Shown here: piece by piece, positions 39,913 to 60,172 of the stretch
How the letters are laid out: each line of letters starts with the position of its first letter
Numbering within the stretch: the first letter of the stretch is position 1
Source of the DNA: the human T2T-CHM13v2.0 reference genome, Homo sapiens
Reading direction: 5' to 3' (one strand)
DNA length: 64,000 nt
Assembly (NCBI RefSeq): GCF_009914755.1
Contig: NC_060935.1
Made by a program: the position numbers and the translations under genes
The notes under the pieces: generated by a model
What the model saw: the letters and a program-made list of their open reading frames with translations, nothing else
Databases searched by the model: none
What the model was told of the DNA's origin: nothing

Positions 39913-42900
39913 AGATAAATATTTGAGCAATAGTTACTGATAATTTTCCCAAAATTGATATCAGATACCAAACCACAGATCCATGAAGCTCATGAAACAC
40001 CAAACAGAATAAATGCAAAAAAAAAAAAAAAACTATACCTAAGCATACCATATTCAAACTACAAAAAAAAAAAAAAAAAATCAAAGAAAAGAGAAAATTC
40101 CTGAAAGAAGCCAGAGGAAAAAAACAACTTATCTATGGAGTAACAGAGGTAAGAATTATATTTGACTTCTCCTCAGAAATAATTCAAGTAGGAAGAGAGT
40201 GGAGTGAAAGTTATTTAAAGTGGAGAGAGAGGGAGAGAGAGAAACCCCACCAACCTAGAATTCTGTGAAGGAGAAATAAAGACTTTCTCAGACAAATTTG
40301 AGAGAATTTGTTGCCAGTAGACCTGCCTTACAAGAAACGTTAAAAAGTTCTTCAGAGAGAAAGAAAATTATGTAGATCAGAAATTCAGATCTACATAAAG
40401 AAAGGCAAAGCATGAAAGAAGGAATAAATGAAGGTAAAATAAACCCTTTTATTTTTCTTCCTCAATTGATTAAACAAATAAGTTTGTTCAAAATCACAAT
40501 AGCCACAAAGTATTTGACTATGCATGCTTGTGTGTGTGTGCACATGTGCACGTGTGCTTATGTACACTTATATATAAGTGAAATGAGTGACAGCAATGAT
40601 GCAAGGAACAGGGGAGAGAAATTAGAATTATGATTTTCTTATTATAAGGTACATTATCCATTAAAAAACAGATTGTTAGAGTAGAAACAAGACCCAACTA
40701 TATGTTGTCTATAAGAAACCCACTTTAAATAAAAGACACATATAGATTAAAAGTAAATGGATGCCAACAGATGTACCATGCTAATCCTAATCAAAAGGAA
40801 GTAGGAGTAGCTATGTTAATTTCAGACAGGACAGACTTCAAAGCAAGCAAAATTATCAGAGATAAGAGGGGCATTACACAATTACAAAGGGGATAATTCT
40901 GCAAGAAGACATTACAATCCTTAACTTGTAGAGCACCAAAACAAGAGAGCATCAAAATATGTGAGGCAAAAATTGATAGAACTACAAGAAGAAATAGATC
41001 AATCCACTATTATAGTTGAAGACTTCAACACCCCTCTATTAGAAATGGACAGATCATGTAGGCATGAAATCAGTAAGGACAGAGTTGAATTCAGTGACAC
41101 CATCCATCAGCTGGATACAATGGAAATCTGTAGACTGCTTCATTGAACAACAGCAGAAGACAAATTTTTCTGAAGCTTACATGGAATGTTCATCAAGATA
41201 GATCACCTTCTGGGCCATAAAACAGACCTTAACAAATTTAAAACCATAGAAATCATCAACTATGTGCTCTCAGATCACAGTGGAATTAAATAAGAAATCG
41301 ATAACAGATACTTGGAAAATCTCCAAATACATAAGGATTAAATAACACACTTCTAAATAACACATAGATCAAAGAAGAAATATTGTGAGAAAGTTAAATA
41401 CATTTTCAATTTGTGTTTCAATGAAAATGAAAACACAGCTTATCACAATTCATGAGATTCAGTGAAAGCAATTCTTAGTGAGAAATTTATAATACTAAAT
41501 GCATATATTAGAAAAGCATAAAAATCTAAAATCTAAGCATCTATCTTCATAAATTAGAAAAATAAGAGCAAATTAAATCCAAAGTAAGCAGAAGACAAGA
41601 CATAATAAATTAGAGCAGAAATCAATGAAACTGAAAACAGGAAACCAATAGAGAAAATCAATGAAACCAAAAGTTTATGTTTTTTCAAAGATCATAAAAT
41701 TGATAAGCCCTTAACCAAGGTAACTCAGGAAAAAGAGGACATAAATTACTAATAGTAGAAATGAAAGAGAGTAGAATACAGGAATATTACAAATAACTAT
41801 GCCCACGGACTAAATAACCTAGGTAAAACAGACTGATTCCTTGAAAGGCACCATTAGCCAAAACAAACATGAGAAGAAATAGACAATCTAAATAGGTCTT
41901 CTCTATTTAAAAAATTGAATCAATAATTAATAACCTTTCAAAAAGGAAAGCACAAGGCCAGATGGGTTAACCTGTCAATTCTACCAAACATTTAAGAAAT
42001 TATCCCAATTTTCCACAATCTCTTTCAGAGGACAGAAGCAGACTTATTTATGACTTATTTTATGAGGCCAGCATCACACTAATACAAAACCAGACAAAGA
42101 CATTATAAGAAAAGAAAACTACAGGCCAGGAACATGAATATAGATGCAAAATTCCTCAAAAAATATTAGCAAACTGAATTCAAGATGTATAAAAAGTACA
42201 CACCATGACAAAATGAGATTTATCCCAGGTATGCAAGGCTGGCTTAACATTTAAAAATCTATTTATGTAATTCATCAAAGCAATTCACTGCAGAAAAAAA
42301 ATCAGAAGATCATAACAATAGACACAGAAAAAATATTTGACAAAATTTAATGCCAATTCATGATTTTAAAAAACTCTCAATCAACCAGAAATAGAGAGGA
42401 ATCTCTTAATTTAACAAAGAATATCCACAAAATACCTGTTGCTAATGTACATACTGGTGAGAAACTTGAGACTCTGTCAAGAGAATGAAAAGCAAGCTGT
42501 AGACTGGGAAAAAATATTTACAAAAGACACATCTGATAAAAAGACTTTTATCCAAAATTTACAAAGACCTCTTAAAACTCAACAATAAAAAAACAAGCAA
42601 TCCAATTTTAAAATGGGCTAGAGACCTCAGCAGATACCTCATAAAATAAAATATACAGATGGCAAATAAGCATATGAAAAGATGCTCCACATGTTATCAG
42701 GGAAATGCAAATTAAAACAACGAGATACTACTACACACCCATCAGAATGGCCAAAATCCAGAACACTGACAACACCAAATGCTGGTGTGGACACGGAACA
42801 AAAAGAACTCTCATTCATTGCTGGTGAGAATATAAAATGGTACAGACGCTTTGGAAGACAGTTTGGAGGTTTCTTACAAAACTAAACATACTCTTACTGT

Positions 42901-43595
42901 ACAACTCAGCAGTCACACTCCTTGGTTATTTACCCAAAGGACTTGAAAATATGTCATAGTAGTTTTATTCCCAGTTCTCAAAACTTCGAAGCAACCAAGA
43001 TGTCCTTCAGTAGGTAAATAGATAAACTGTGGTACACACAACAATGAATGTTATTCAGCACTAAAAAGAAGTGAGCTATCAAGCCATGAAAAGATGTGAA
43101 GGAAACATAATGTATGCTACGAAGTGAAAGAAGCCAGCCTAGAAAGCCTACATAATGTATGATTCCAAGTATGACATTCTGGAAAAGGCAAAACTACAGA
43201 GACAGTAAAAAGATCAGTGGTTGCCAAGGGTTAGGGTGGGAGGGAGTGACAAGTGGGTGGAGCACAGAGAATTTTTAGGGAAGAGAAAATATTCTGTATG
43301 ATATTATAATAGTGGATGTATGGCATAATACAATGGTCCAAATTCAGAATGTGCTACATCAAGAGTGAACCCTAACGTAAACCATGGACTTTGGGTGATA
43401 ATGATGTGTCAGTGTACGTTCATCAAAACAAATGTGCCACTTTGGTAGGGGATGTTAGTAACAGAGGAGGCTGTGTATGTGTGGGGACAGTGGGTATATA
43501 GGACATCTCTGGGACTTCCTCTCAATTTCACTGTTAATCTAAAACTACTTTTTAAAAAACCAAAATAAAGACATTTGAAAATATGCAGAGAATTT

Positions 43596-45021
43596 ATTTT
43601 TTTTTATTATACTTTAAGTTCTAGGGTACATGTGCACAACGTGCAGGTTTGTTACATATGTATACATGTGCCATGTTGGTGTGCTGCACTCATTAACTCA
43701 ACATTTATATTAGGTATATCTCCTAATGCTATCCCTCCCCCCTACCCCCACCCCATGACAGGCCCCAGTGTATAATGTTCCCTTCCTGTGTCCAAGTGTT
43801 CTCACTGTTCAATTCCCACCTATGAGTGAGAACATGCGGTGTTTGGTTTTCTATCCTTGCGATAGTTTGCTCAGAATGATGGTTTTACAGCTTCATCCAT
43901 GTCCCTACACAGGACATGAACTCATCCTTTTTTATGGCTGCATAGTATTCCATGGTGTATATGTGCCACATTTTCTTAATCCAGTCCATTGATGGACAGT
44001 TGCATTGGTTCCAAGTCTTTGCTATTGTGAATAGTGCCACAACGAACATACGTGTGCATGTGTCTTTATAGCAGCATGATTTAAAATCCTTTGGGTATAT
44101 ACCCAGTAATGGGATGGCTGGGTCAAATGGTATTTCTAGTTCTAGATCCTTGAGGAATTGCCACACTGTCTTCCACAATGGTTGAACTAATTTACAGTCC
44201 CACCAACAGTGTAAAAGTGTTCATATTTCTCCACATCCTCTCTAGCACCTGTTGTTTCCTGACTTTTTAATGATTGCCCTTCTAACTGGTGTGAGATGGT
44301 ATCTCACTGTGGTTTTGATTTGCATTTCTCTGATGGCCAGTGATGATGAGCATTTTTTCATGTGTCTGTTGGCTGATAAATGTCTTCTTTTGAGAAGTGT
44401 CTGTTCATATCCTTAGCCCGCTTTTTGATGGGGTTGTTTGATTTTTTTCTTGTAAATTTGTTTAAGTTCATTGTAGATTCTGGATATTAGCCCTTTGTCA
44501 GATGGGTAGATTGTAAAAATTTTCTCCCATTCTGTAGGTTGTCTGTTCACTCTGGTGGTAGTTTCTTTTGCTGTGCAGAAGCTCTTTAGTTTAATGAGAT
44601 CCCATTTGTCAATTTTGGCTTTTGTTGCCATTGCTTTAGTCACGAAGTCTTTGCCCATGCCTATGTTCTGAATGGTATTGCCTAGGTTTTCTTCTAGGGT
44701 TTTTATGGTTTTAGGTCTTACATTTAAGTCTTTAATCCATCTTGAATTAATTTTTGTGTAAGGTGTAAGGAAGGGATCCAGTTTCAGCTTTCTACATATG
44801 GCTAGCCAGTTTTCCCAGCACCATTTATTAAATAGAGAATCCTTTCCTCATTTCTTGTTTTTGTCAGGTTTGTCAAAGATCAAATGGTTTTAGATGTGTG
44901 GTATTATTTCTGAGGGCTCTGTTCTGTTCCATTGGTCTATATCTCTGTTTTGGTATCAGTACCATGCTGTTTTGGTTACTGTAGCCTTGTAGTATAGTTT
45001 GAAGTCCGGTACGTGATGCCT
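43596..45021 (-). mobile_element. 5'-truncated L1PA4-6-like element (~1.43 kb)
   Basis: L1PA 3' UTR and ORF2 C-terminus (WKTVWQFLKDLELEIPFDPAIPLLGIYP; [20 protein letters not shown]). 18-bp TSD aaaatatgcagagaattt (43578-43595) / aaaatatggagagaattt (45023-45040). Confidence 0.95.
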
Positions 45022-45371
45022 AAAAATATGGAGAGAATTTCTAGCAACACAGCTGCCTATGCTGACTTGGGCTTTCCTCTTATTTCATCTACACACAGAA
45101 ATCCTAACTAAACAAAAGAACAAAGAAAAAAACTCAAATTGAGAGATGGTGGAAAATGGGAGGTAATACATTGGCCCAAGAGTTTTTTCAGCTGGCAAAT
45201 AAGCCCCAGGGACTGTGGACTGTTTTTTATGTTTACACTGGCATAGGATAACTGGTCTTGGACATGCATAAGTTTGAAAACTAATTGAATCCTCTTTATA
45301 AATCTCAGAGACACAATCAATGTGCTTCTTCCCAGTTCCTGGAAAGGGAACTTTGAAAACTCCATCCATCA

Positions 45372-45669
<298 letters not shown>

Positions 45670-46174
45670 TTAAAACAAAACAAACCCAAAAAAGTAATTT
45701 ATGAGAAGTTAAAACTCCAGGCCTGTACCATGTAAAGGTGTAGAGTCTAGAAGAACGCTGCACGAAGATACAGGAATCCCAAATCAAGGCAGCTGCATAA
45801 ACATACATCCTAAAACCACTGAAATTCTGTGCTCCAATAAAAGCAACTGAAAAGTTACTTTGTAGAGGCACTTAAGTCAGAAAACACAGAATTCCCTCAG
45901 AGGAAAAAAAGTCAGGCTTAAAACAAGCTCACAACCAAAATTATAAACCACATAAAGAAACAAACAACCATGGAGTGAGGGAGTATATATGAGTGTTAAG
46001 AAGATACAACAAACAGACTTGGCACCTCAAGCACTGAAGATAATTACACAATTTGAGAAGACTTATATGGACACGTAAGCTGATTAAACAGACAAATGGA
46101 AGAATAGAAGCCACAATATCAATAGAAGAAAGTTTGGAAAAGTAAAAAGCAAATTTGATTTTAAAAACTACATA

Positions 46175-46480
<306 letters not shown>

Positions 46481-46579
46481 AACTACATAATGCTTTTACA
46501 AGTGAAAAGCATTGTCATTGAAAATTTAAACCTCAACTAACAGGTTAAATAGCAGATCCAACCACCTAGAAAAAGAATG

Positions 46580-47150
46580 CATTACTATTTTGAAAAGTTG
46601 AGCATTCACATATTCTATGTCTCAGCAATTCCATTTCTTGGAACATAACCAAGATAAACCCAAGAAACATGAATAATAATGTTTGTAGTAGTGCTGTTCA
46701 CAATAGCAAAAACCTGGAAACCACTCAAATGCTCATTGACAGAAGAGTGGATAAATAAACTGTGATACAGTCATGCAATTGCAAAATGAAACATTCTAAT
46801 ACAGTCAAAACAAATGAATTACAGCTACATGTAGCAATTGGGATGAACCTTGATAACATTATTGTGAATTAAAAAAAAAGACGATTTTCACCACTTTTAA
46901 AAGGTTACAAATTTTTTAACTTTTTTTAACTATAAAATGTGCTTTTTCGTAATACATATATTCTTAAAATATGAGAACTATAAAATGTGCTTTTTTGTAA
47001 TACATATATTCTTAAAATATGAGATAAAGGGTTTTTTTGCAGTTAAGGAATAATAAGCACAAGGTTCACGGAGTGGTTACCTTGGATGAGAGGAAGTATT
47101 TGAACAAGGTGGGGAGGAAGCACATGGGTAGATATACATTATTGTGAGCC
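46580..47150 (+). mobile_element. L1ME-like 3' fragment
   Basis: cagcaattccatttcttgg, cacaatagcaaaaacctggaaacc, ggataaataaactgtg, gaattacagctacat motifs. Confidence 0.6.
46928..47023. repeat. 48-bp tandem duplication (2 copies, 1 mismatch)
   Basis: aactataaaatgtgcttttt(c/t)gtaatacatatattcttaaaatatgag at 46928-46975 and 46976-47023. Confidence 0.95.
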
Positions 47151-50100
47151 CTCTAGTCCCTAATTTTTCTATGCTATTAGTAAATAGATACATACATGAA
47201 CACATAAAAGAGGGTCATGCATGAACAAATGGCAAAAGTATATAATGAACCAAAGATTTAACTTCAGTCTAATTCTGCATACCTGAGATTTTAAAATATC
47301 TGTAGTCGATCAGACATAGCTAAAGATGCTACCAGTGAACTACAGGATAATTGAATTTGAAATTTCACATACAGAGATAAAGAGATTAAATAGAGATAAA
47401 GAGAGAAATAAAAGGATGGGAATACAAAAAAGCAGCTGATATATGGAGAATAGAATGAACAGGAGCAACATTGGACTAGGGCCTACCTAACATTCTGGAG
47501 AGGCATACCAGAACATAAAACACAGAGAAAGAAATAATTGAGGAGACTATGGCTGAGAATTTTTAAGAATTGAAGAAAGAATTGATTTATGAAAAAAGAC
47601 TATAAGAATAGAAATAAGGATCAGGCAAGATGACCAATGAGATGCAGCCAGGTGGAACACACCTGCCACCAAGGGGCTGAGATGATTGGCACACTCCCAG
47701 CAGATTTTCAGAAGAAAGGCACTGAGAGTGGACAGAGGGAAGACACAGAAGCTGAGCTGAAGGAGGAAGAAGCTGGGAACTCTGCATGGGGCTACCATGC
47801 ACCAGGACTCATTCCTAGCCCCCACAACTTCAGGGGAACAAGTGAGTTGAACTGACAAGGAGCAACCCACTCTCACCACGGGCCTCTGAAATCCTGACAG
47901 GGGGAGACCCCTCAATCACCACAAACACTTGAGTTGGCAGGGAGAGCTGCTTAGAGAAGTGGCAGGGGCAGCCCAGAGGGTTTGGTGCAGGAGCATCTGT
48001 AGTGGAGCATGGCCAGGGATGGCCATCCCCTTAGGCTCAACTGGCTCCCATAGGAGACTTTAGCCCTAGGGAAACTGTTGAACCTGAACTCTGCAGGGCA
48101 GTCTTGCCCATCAGATGGGGCCAGTCCAACCTGATCACCCCTTGGTCTGCTGGCCCAGGGCCCCAGCCTGGCAGTACCTGCTTGTAGGTCAGCCTTGGGT
48201 TCCCGGGGGGCTTCATCATAGTTTCTGTGCTGGCGGACCATGCCTGACTAGTGAAGAGCTCCAGTAGGGTGGCCCCCATGGCCATACACCAGCCCACCTG
48301 CTCCCTCTCCACACTGCAGCTTCCCCCTGGCTCACTGCAACCCCTCACATTGCTTTGCAGGCATGTGTGTGCATGGGCAAGTTTTGCTTTCCTTTCCCTA
48401 CCAGCACTCATGTGTGCACGCATCCTGCCCTGCCACTGCTGCTACAGGAGTACAGTCTTCCCCCAACCCTGCCAACCACCATTGCAGTCTGGGAGCTTTG
48501 AAAGGCACAGAGCCAGCCAATCCTGCTGCCACCAGTGCACTATCCTTGGGCCAACACTGCCAAGGGAAATAAAGTAGGCATGGAGAACAGCAGACCCTCC
48601 CTTGCCCTGAGTGACCACCTCTGCATGTGAGGCACATATAATGCACAAAGACCTGTACCTGCCAGTGCCCCCAACACCACTACCAGTGTGACTCCACAAA
48701 CAGACAACATCAGAGTCCCCCAGAAGACTTCCCAGCAGAAAGTCTACAAGCCAGAAGAAATTAGGAGCCAATATTCAACATTCTTAAAGAAAAAAAAATT
48801 TGAACCCAGAATTTTGTATCCAGCCAAACTAGGCTTCATAAGTGAAGAAGAAATCCTTTTCAGACAAGGAAATGCTAAAGGAATTTATTATGACTAGACC
48901 TGCCTTACAATACCTTCTGAAGAAAGCACTAAATATGGAAAGGAAAAACCATTACCAGCCACTAGAAAAACACACTTTACACAGAACAGTGACACTATAA
49001 AGCAACCACAGAAACAAGCCAATATAATAACCAGCTAACATCATGATGAGATGATCAAATCTACACATATCAATACCAACTCTGAATGTAAATGGGCTAA
49101 GTGACCCAATTAACAGGTACAGAGTGGCAAGCCGGATAAAGAACAAAGACCCAATGGTATGCTGTCTTCAAGAGACCCATCTCACATGCAGTGACACCCA
49201 TAGGTTCAAAATAAAGAGATGGAGGAGAATCTACCAAGCAAATGGAAAACAGAAAAAAGCAAAAGTTGCAATCCTAATTTCAGAAAAACATACTTTAAAC
49301 CAACAAAAATAAAAAAAAAAGACAAAGAAGGGCATTACATAATGGTAAAGGGTTCAATTCAAAAAGAGCTAACTATCCAAATTATATATGCACCCAACAG
49401 TCTCACACAGATTCATAAAGCAAGTTCTTAGAGACCTTTGAAGAGACTTAGACCTCCACACAATAATACTTTAACTTTAGACTTTAGACACAATAAGACT
49501 TTAACACACCACTGACAGTATTACACAGATCATCAAGGCAGAAAATTAACAAAGATATTCAGGACCTAAACTCAGCACTGGATCAAATGAACCTGATAGA
49601 CATCTACAGAACTCTTCACCCCAAAACAACAGAATATATGTTCTTCTCATCACTACATGGCACACACTCTAAAATCCATCATGTGATCACACATAAAACA
49701 CTCCTCAGCAAATGCAAAAAAGACTGAAGTAATAACAACCAATGTCTCAGACCACAGCACAATCAAATTAGAAATCAAGACTAAGAAAATCACTCAAAAC
49801 CATACAATTACATGGAAATTGAATAACCTGCTCCTGAATGACTTTTGAGTAAACCATGAAATTAGGGCAGAAATCAAGAATTTCTTTGAAACTAATGAGA
49901 ACAAAGATATAATATACCAGAACCTCTGGGACACAGCTAAGGCAATGTTAAGAGGGAAACTATAGCACTAAATGCTCACATCGAAAAGCTAGAAAGAGCC
50001 CAAGTTAACAACCTAACGTCACAATTAAAAGAACTAAAGAACCGAGAGAAAACCAACCCCAAAGCAGAGGACAACAAATAACTGAAATCAGAGCTGTACT

Positions 50101-51368
50101 GAAGGAGCTTGAGACATGAAAAACCATTGAAAATATCAACAAATCCAGGAACTGGTTTTTGGAAAAAAATAATACAATAGACTTTTAGCTAGACGAATAA
50201 AGGAGAAAAGAGAGAAGACACAAATAAACACAATTATGAATGACAAAGAGGATATTACCACTGACCTCACAGAAATACAAATAACCATCAGAGAATACTA
50301 TTAACCTCTCTATGCACACAAACTAGAAATCTAGAAGAAATGGATAAATTCCTGGACATATACATTATCCCAAGACTGATCCAGGAAGAAATTGAATCCC
50401 TGAACAGACCAATAATGAGCTTTGAAATTGAATCAGTAATAAAAAGCCTACCAATAAAAAAAAAAGCCCAGAAACAGACAAAGTCACAGCAGTAACAGCA
50501 GAATTCTGCCAGATGTACAAAGAATAACTGGCACCATTCCTGCTGAAACTATTCCCAAAAAGTGAGGAAGAAGGACTCCTCTCTAACTCATTCTATGAGG
50601 CCATCATCCTGATACCATAACCTGGAGGAGACACAATAGAAACAACAAAAAACTTCTGACCAATATCCCTGATGAACATCAATGCAAAAATCCTCAACAA
50701 AATACTGGCAATCCAAATCCAATAGCACATCAAAAAACTTATTCACCACAATCAACTAGGCCTTATCCCTGGGATGCAAAGTTGGTTTAAAATACACAAA
50801 TCAATGAACATGATTTATCACATAAGCGGAACTAAAGACAAAAACTGTATGATTATCTCAATGGATGCAAAAAAGGCTTTTGGTAAAATTCAACACCCTT
50901 CATGTTAAAAACTCTCAATAAACCAAGTATTGAAGGAACACACCTCAAAATCATAAGAGCCATTTATAACAAACCCACAGCCAACATCATACTGAATGGG
51001 CAAAAGCTGGAAGCATTCCCCTTGAAAATCAGAATAAGACAAAGATGCCCTCTCTCACCACTCCTATTCAACATATTATTGGAAGTCCTGGCCAGAACGG
51101 TCAGGCAAGAGAAAAAAATAAAGGCATCCAAATAGAAAGAGAGGAAGTCAAACTATACCTATTTGCAGATGGCATGACCTGTATCTAGAAAATCCCATAG
51201 TCTCAGCTCAAAAGCTCTTTAAGCTGATAAACAACTTCAGCAAAGTCTCAGGATACAAAATCAATTTACAAAAATCACTAGCATTCCTATACACCAACAG
51301 CAGTGAAGCCAAGAGCCAAATCAGGAACACAGTCACATTCATAATTGCCACAAAACGAATAAAATACA

Positions 51369-56565
<5,197 letters not shown>

Positions 56566-59074
56566 AAATACTGAGGAACACAGCTAAACAAAGAGGTGAA
56601 AGATCTCTATAAGCAGAACTATAAAACACTGCTCAAAGGAATCAGAAATGACACAAACAAATGGAAAAACATTCCATGCTCATAGATAGGAAGAATCAAT
56701 ATCATTAAAATGGCCGTACTGCCCAAAGCAATTTATAGATTCAATGTTATTCCTATTTAATTACTATTGACATTCTTCAAGAGTTAGAAAAACTATTTTA
56801 AAATTCATATGGAGCCAGAAAAGAGCCTGAATAGCCAAGGCAATCCTAACCAAAAAGAGCAAACCTACCCGACTTCAAACTACACTACAGAACTACTGTA
56901 ACTGAAACAGCACGGTACTGGTACAAAAACAGACAAATAGACCAAAGGAACAGAATAGAGAACCCAGAAATAAGACCTCACACCTACAATTATCTGATCT
57001 TCGATAAACCTGAAAAAACAAGCGATGGGGAAACAATTTTCTGCTCAATAAATGATGCTGGGATAACTGGATAGCTATATGCAGAAGATTGAAACTGGAA
57101 TGCTTCCTTATACTGTACACAAAAATTAGCTCAAGATGGATTAAAGACTTAAATGTAAAACCCAAAACTATAAAAACTCTGGAAGAAAACCTAGGTAATA
57201 TCATTCTGGATATAGAAATGGGCAAAGATTTCACGTTGAAGATGCCAAAAGCAATTTCATCAAAAGCAAAAATTGGCAAATGGGATCTAATTAAACTAAA
57301 CAGCTTCTGAACAGCAAAAGAAACTATCAACAGAGTGAACAGACAACCTACAGAATGGGAGAAAATGTTTGCAAACTAGGCAACTGACGAAGGTCTAATA
57401 TCCAGCATCTATAAGGAACTTAAACAAATTTACAAGAAAAAAACAACCCCATTAAAAAGTGGGCAAAGGACATGAGCAGACAATTTTCAAAAGAAGATAT
57501 ACATGTGGCCAACAATCATATGAAAAAAATGCACAACATAACTGATCATTAGAGAAATGCAAATCAAAGCCACAATGAGCTACTATCTCACACCAGTCAG
57601 AATGGCTACCATTTAAAAGTCAAAAAATAACAGATGCCGGCAAGGTTGTGGAGAAAAAGGAAGGCTTATACACTGTTGGTGGGAGTGTAAATTAGTTTCA
57701 AACATTGTGGAAGACAATGTGGCAATTCCTCAAAGACCTAAAGACAGAAATACCACTTGACTCAGCAATCCCATTACTGGGTATACACCTAAAGGAATAT
57801 GAATCGTTCTATCCTAAAGACAAATGCACACATATGTTCACTGAAGCACTATTCACAATAGCAAAGACATAGAATCAACCTAAATCCCCATCAACTGTAG
57901 ACTGGATAAAGAAAATGTGGTACATATATACTACGGAATACTATGCAACCATAAGAAAACCAAGATCATGTACTTTGCAAGGATGTATATGGAGCTGGAG
58001 GCCATTATCCTCAGCAAACTATGCAGGAACAGACGACCAGATACCACATGTTCTCACTTATAAGTGGGAGCTGAACACTGAGAATGCATGGACACATAGA
58101 GGGGAACAATACACACTGGGGCCTATTGGAGGGTGGAGGGTTGGAGGAGGGAGAGGGTCACAGGAAAAATAACTAACGGGTACTAGCACAATAGTTGGGT
58201 GATGAAATAATGTGCACAACAAAGCCCCATGACACACCTTTACCTATGTAACGAACCTGCACACGTACCCCTCAATTTAAAATAAAAGTTCTAAAAAAAG
58301 AGAGAGAGAGAGAGATAGGGGAGTCCGGACCAGAAGCCAAGCTAACCAAATCATAAAGTTTAAGACCTAAATGAAATTACCTAGCTCTAGTTCAACCTTT
58401 TTGGTTTACAGGTAAAGAAAATGAGGCCCAGAGGACAAATAAGCATTTACTATTTTTTATAATATAATATTATTATAATATTCATTATTTAATAAGTATT
58501 ATCCTTTTCATATATTTCTGGATTTCATGTGGTAATATGTGTTAAGAGTTTCGGGGTTTATATTCATGAGGAATATTGCTCTCATTTTCCTGTAATGTCT
58601 TTGTCTAGTTTTGGTCAGGGGATTCTGGTCTCATAAAGTGAGTCGGAAACTGTTCCCTCTTTTTCCATTTTCTGAAAAAGTTGTCCTAAATTTGTATTAT
58701 TTTCCCCTTAATCATTTGTTAGAATTCATATGTGAAGTTATTTGGGCCTGGAGCTTTTTATGGGAAGTTTTGAATTACAGTTTTAATTTACTTAACAGTT
58801 AATGACCGTTCAGATTTTCTATTTCTTTTGTCAGTTTGGCAATTTGTGTTTTTTAAGGAATTCGTCCATTTTATGTAGGTAATCAAATTTATTTTGATAA
58901 AGTATTTTTAATATGTCTTATCCTTTTACTATCTCTAAGATCTTTCTTTCACAATATTGGTCATTTGTGTCTTTTCCTTATCAGTCCAGCAAGAAGCTTA
59001 TTAATATTAATCTTTTCAAAGAAATCTTTTTTTAATTTCATTGATTTTTCTCTTTTTTCTATTTCATTAGTTTT

Positions 59075-59525
59075 CTTTTTTTTAAGTTCAGGGGTACAAG
59101 TGCAGGTTTGTCACATAGGTAAATTTATGTCATGGAGATTTGTTATACATACTATTTCCTCAATCAGGTATTAAGCCTAGTGCTCATTAGTTGTTTTTCC
59201 TGACTCTCTCCCTCCTCCCACCCTCCATCCTCTAATACGCCCCAGTGTGTGTTGCTCCTCTCTGTGTGTCCATGTGTTCTCATCATTTAACTCCCACTTA
59301 CAAGTGAGAACGTGTAGTGTTTGGTCATCTGTTCCTGTATTAGTTTGCTGAGGATAATGGCCTCCAGCTCCATCCACGTCCCTGCAAAGGACATGATCTT
59401 GTTCTTTTTCACGACTGCATAGAATTCCATGGTGTATGTGTACCACATTTTCCTTATCCGGTCTACAGTTGATGGGCATTTAGGTTGATTCCATGTCTTT
59501 GCTATTGTGAATAATGCTTCAATAT
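59075..59525 (-). mobile_element. L1PA13-16-like 3' fragment (~450 bp)
   Basis: Reverse complement of an L1 3' end with caggaaaaacaactaatgagcactaggcttaatacctg. Confidence 0.88.
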
Positions 59526-59864
59526 TTCATTAATTTTCACATTTTACTATTTCCTTTCTTCCACTCACTTTTGGTTTACACCTTTTCCCCTTTAGCAAGC
59601 ATCTGAAGTTAGTTTTCTTGTAAGTACAGCTTTAGTGACATCCCACAAACTTTTATATGCCATGTTTTTATTTTTATTTAGTTAAAAAATGTTTCTAGTT
59701 TCCTTTATGATTTTTTTGACTTATGGGGTATTTAGAAGTCTGTTATTTAATTTTCAAATATTTGGGAAATTTTCCAAATATATTTTTAGCATTGAATTAT
59801 AATTTTAATTATACAAAAATCAGAGAACCCAACTTTAGTTCTTTTAAATATATTAAGAATTGTT

Positions 59865-60172
<308 letters not shown>

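Larger units (their letters stand above)
38660..43560 (+). mobile_element. L1MC1-like LINE-1, 5' end to 3' UTR with internal deletions
   Basis: L1MC/MD-type 5' region, ORF1 remnants and EN remnants (IIVEDFNTPLLEMDRS). L1MC1-type 3' UTR (gacattctggaaaaggcaaaact...gagtgaaccctaacgtaaaccatggactttgggtgataatgatgtgtc). Jump from RT to the C-terminal region near 42470. Confidence 0.85.

Noticed and set aside
39540-40084. Glu/Lys/Arg-rich and Ser/Phe-rich ORFs
   Set aside because: Translations of the GA-rich simple repeat.
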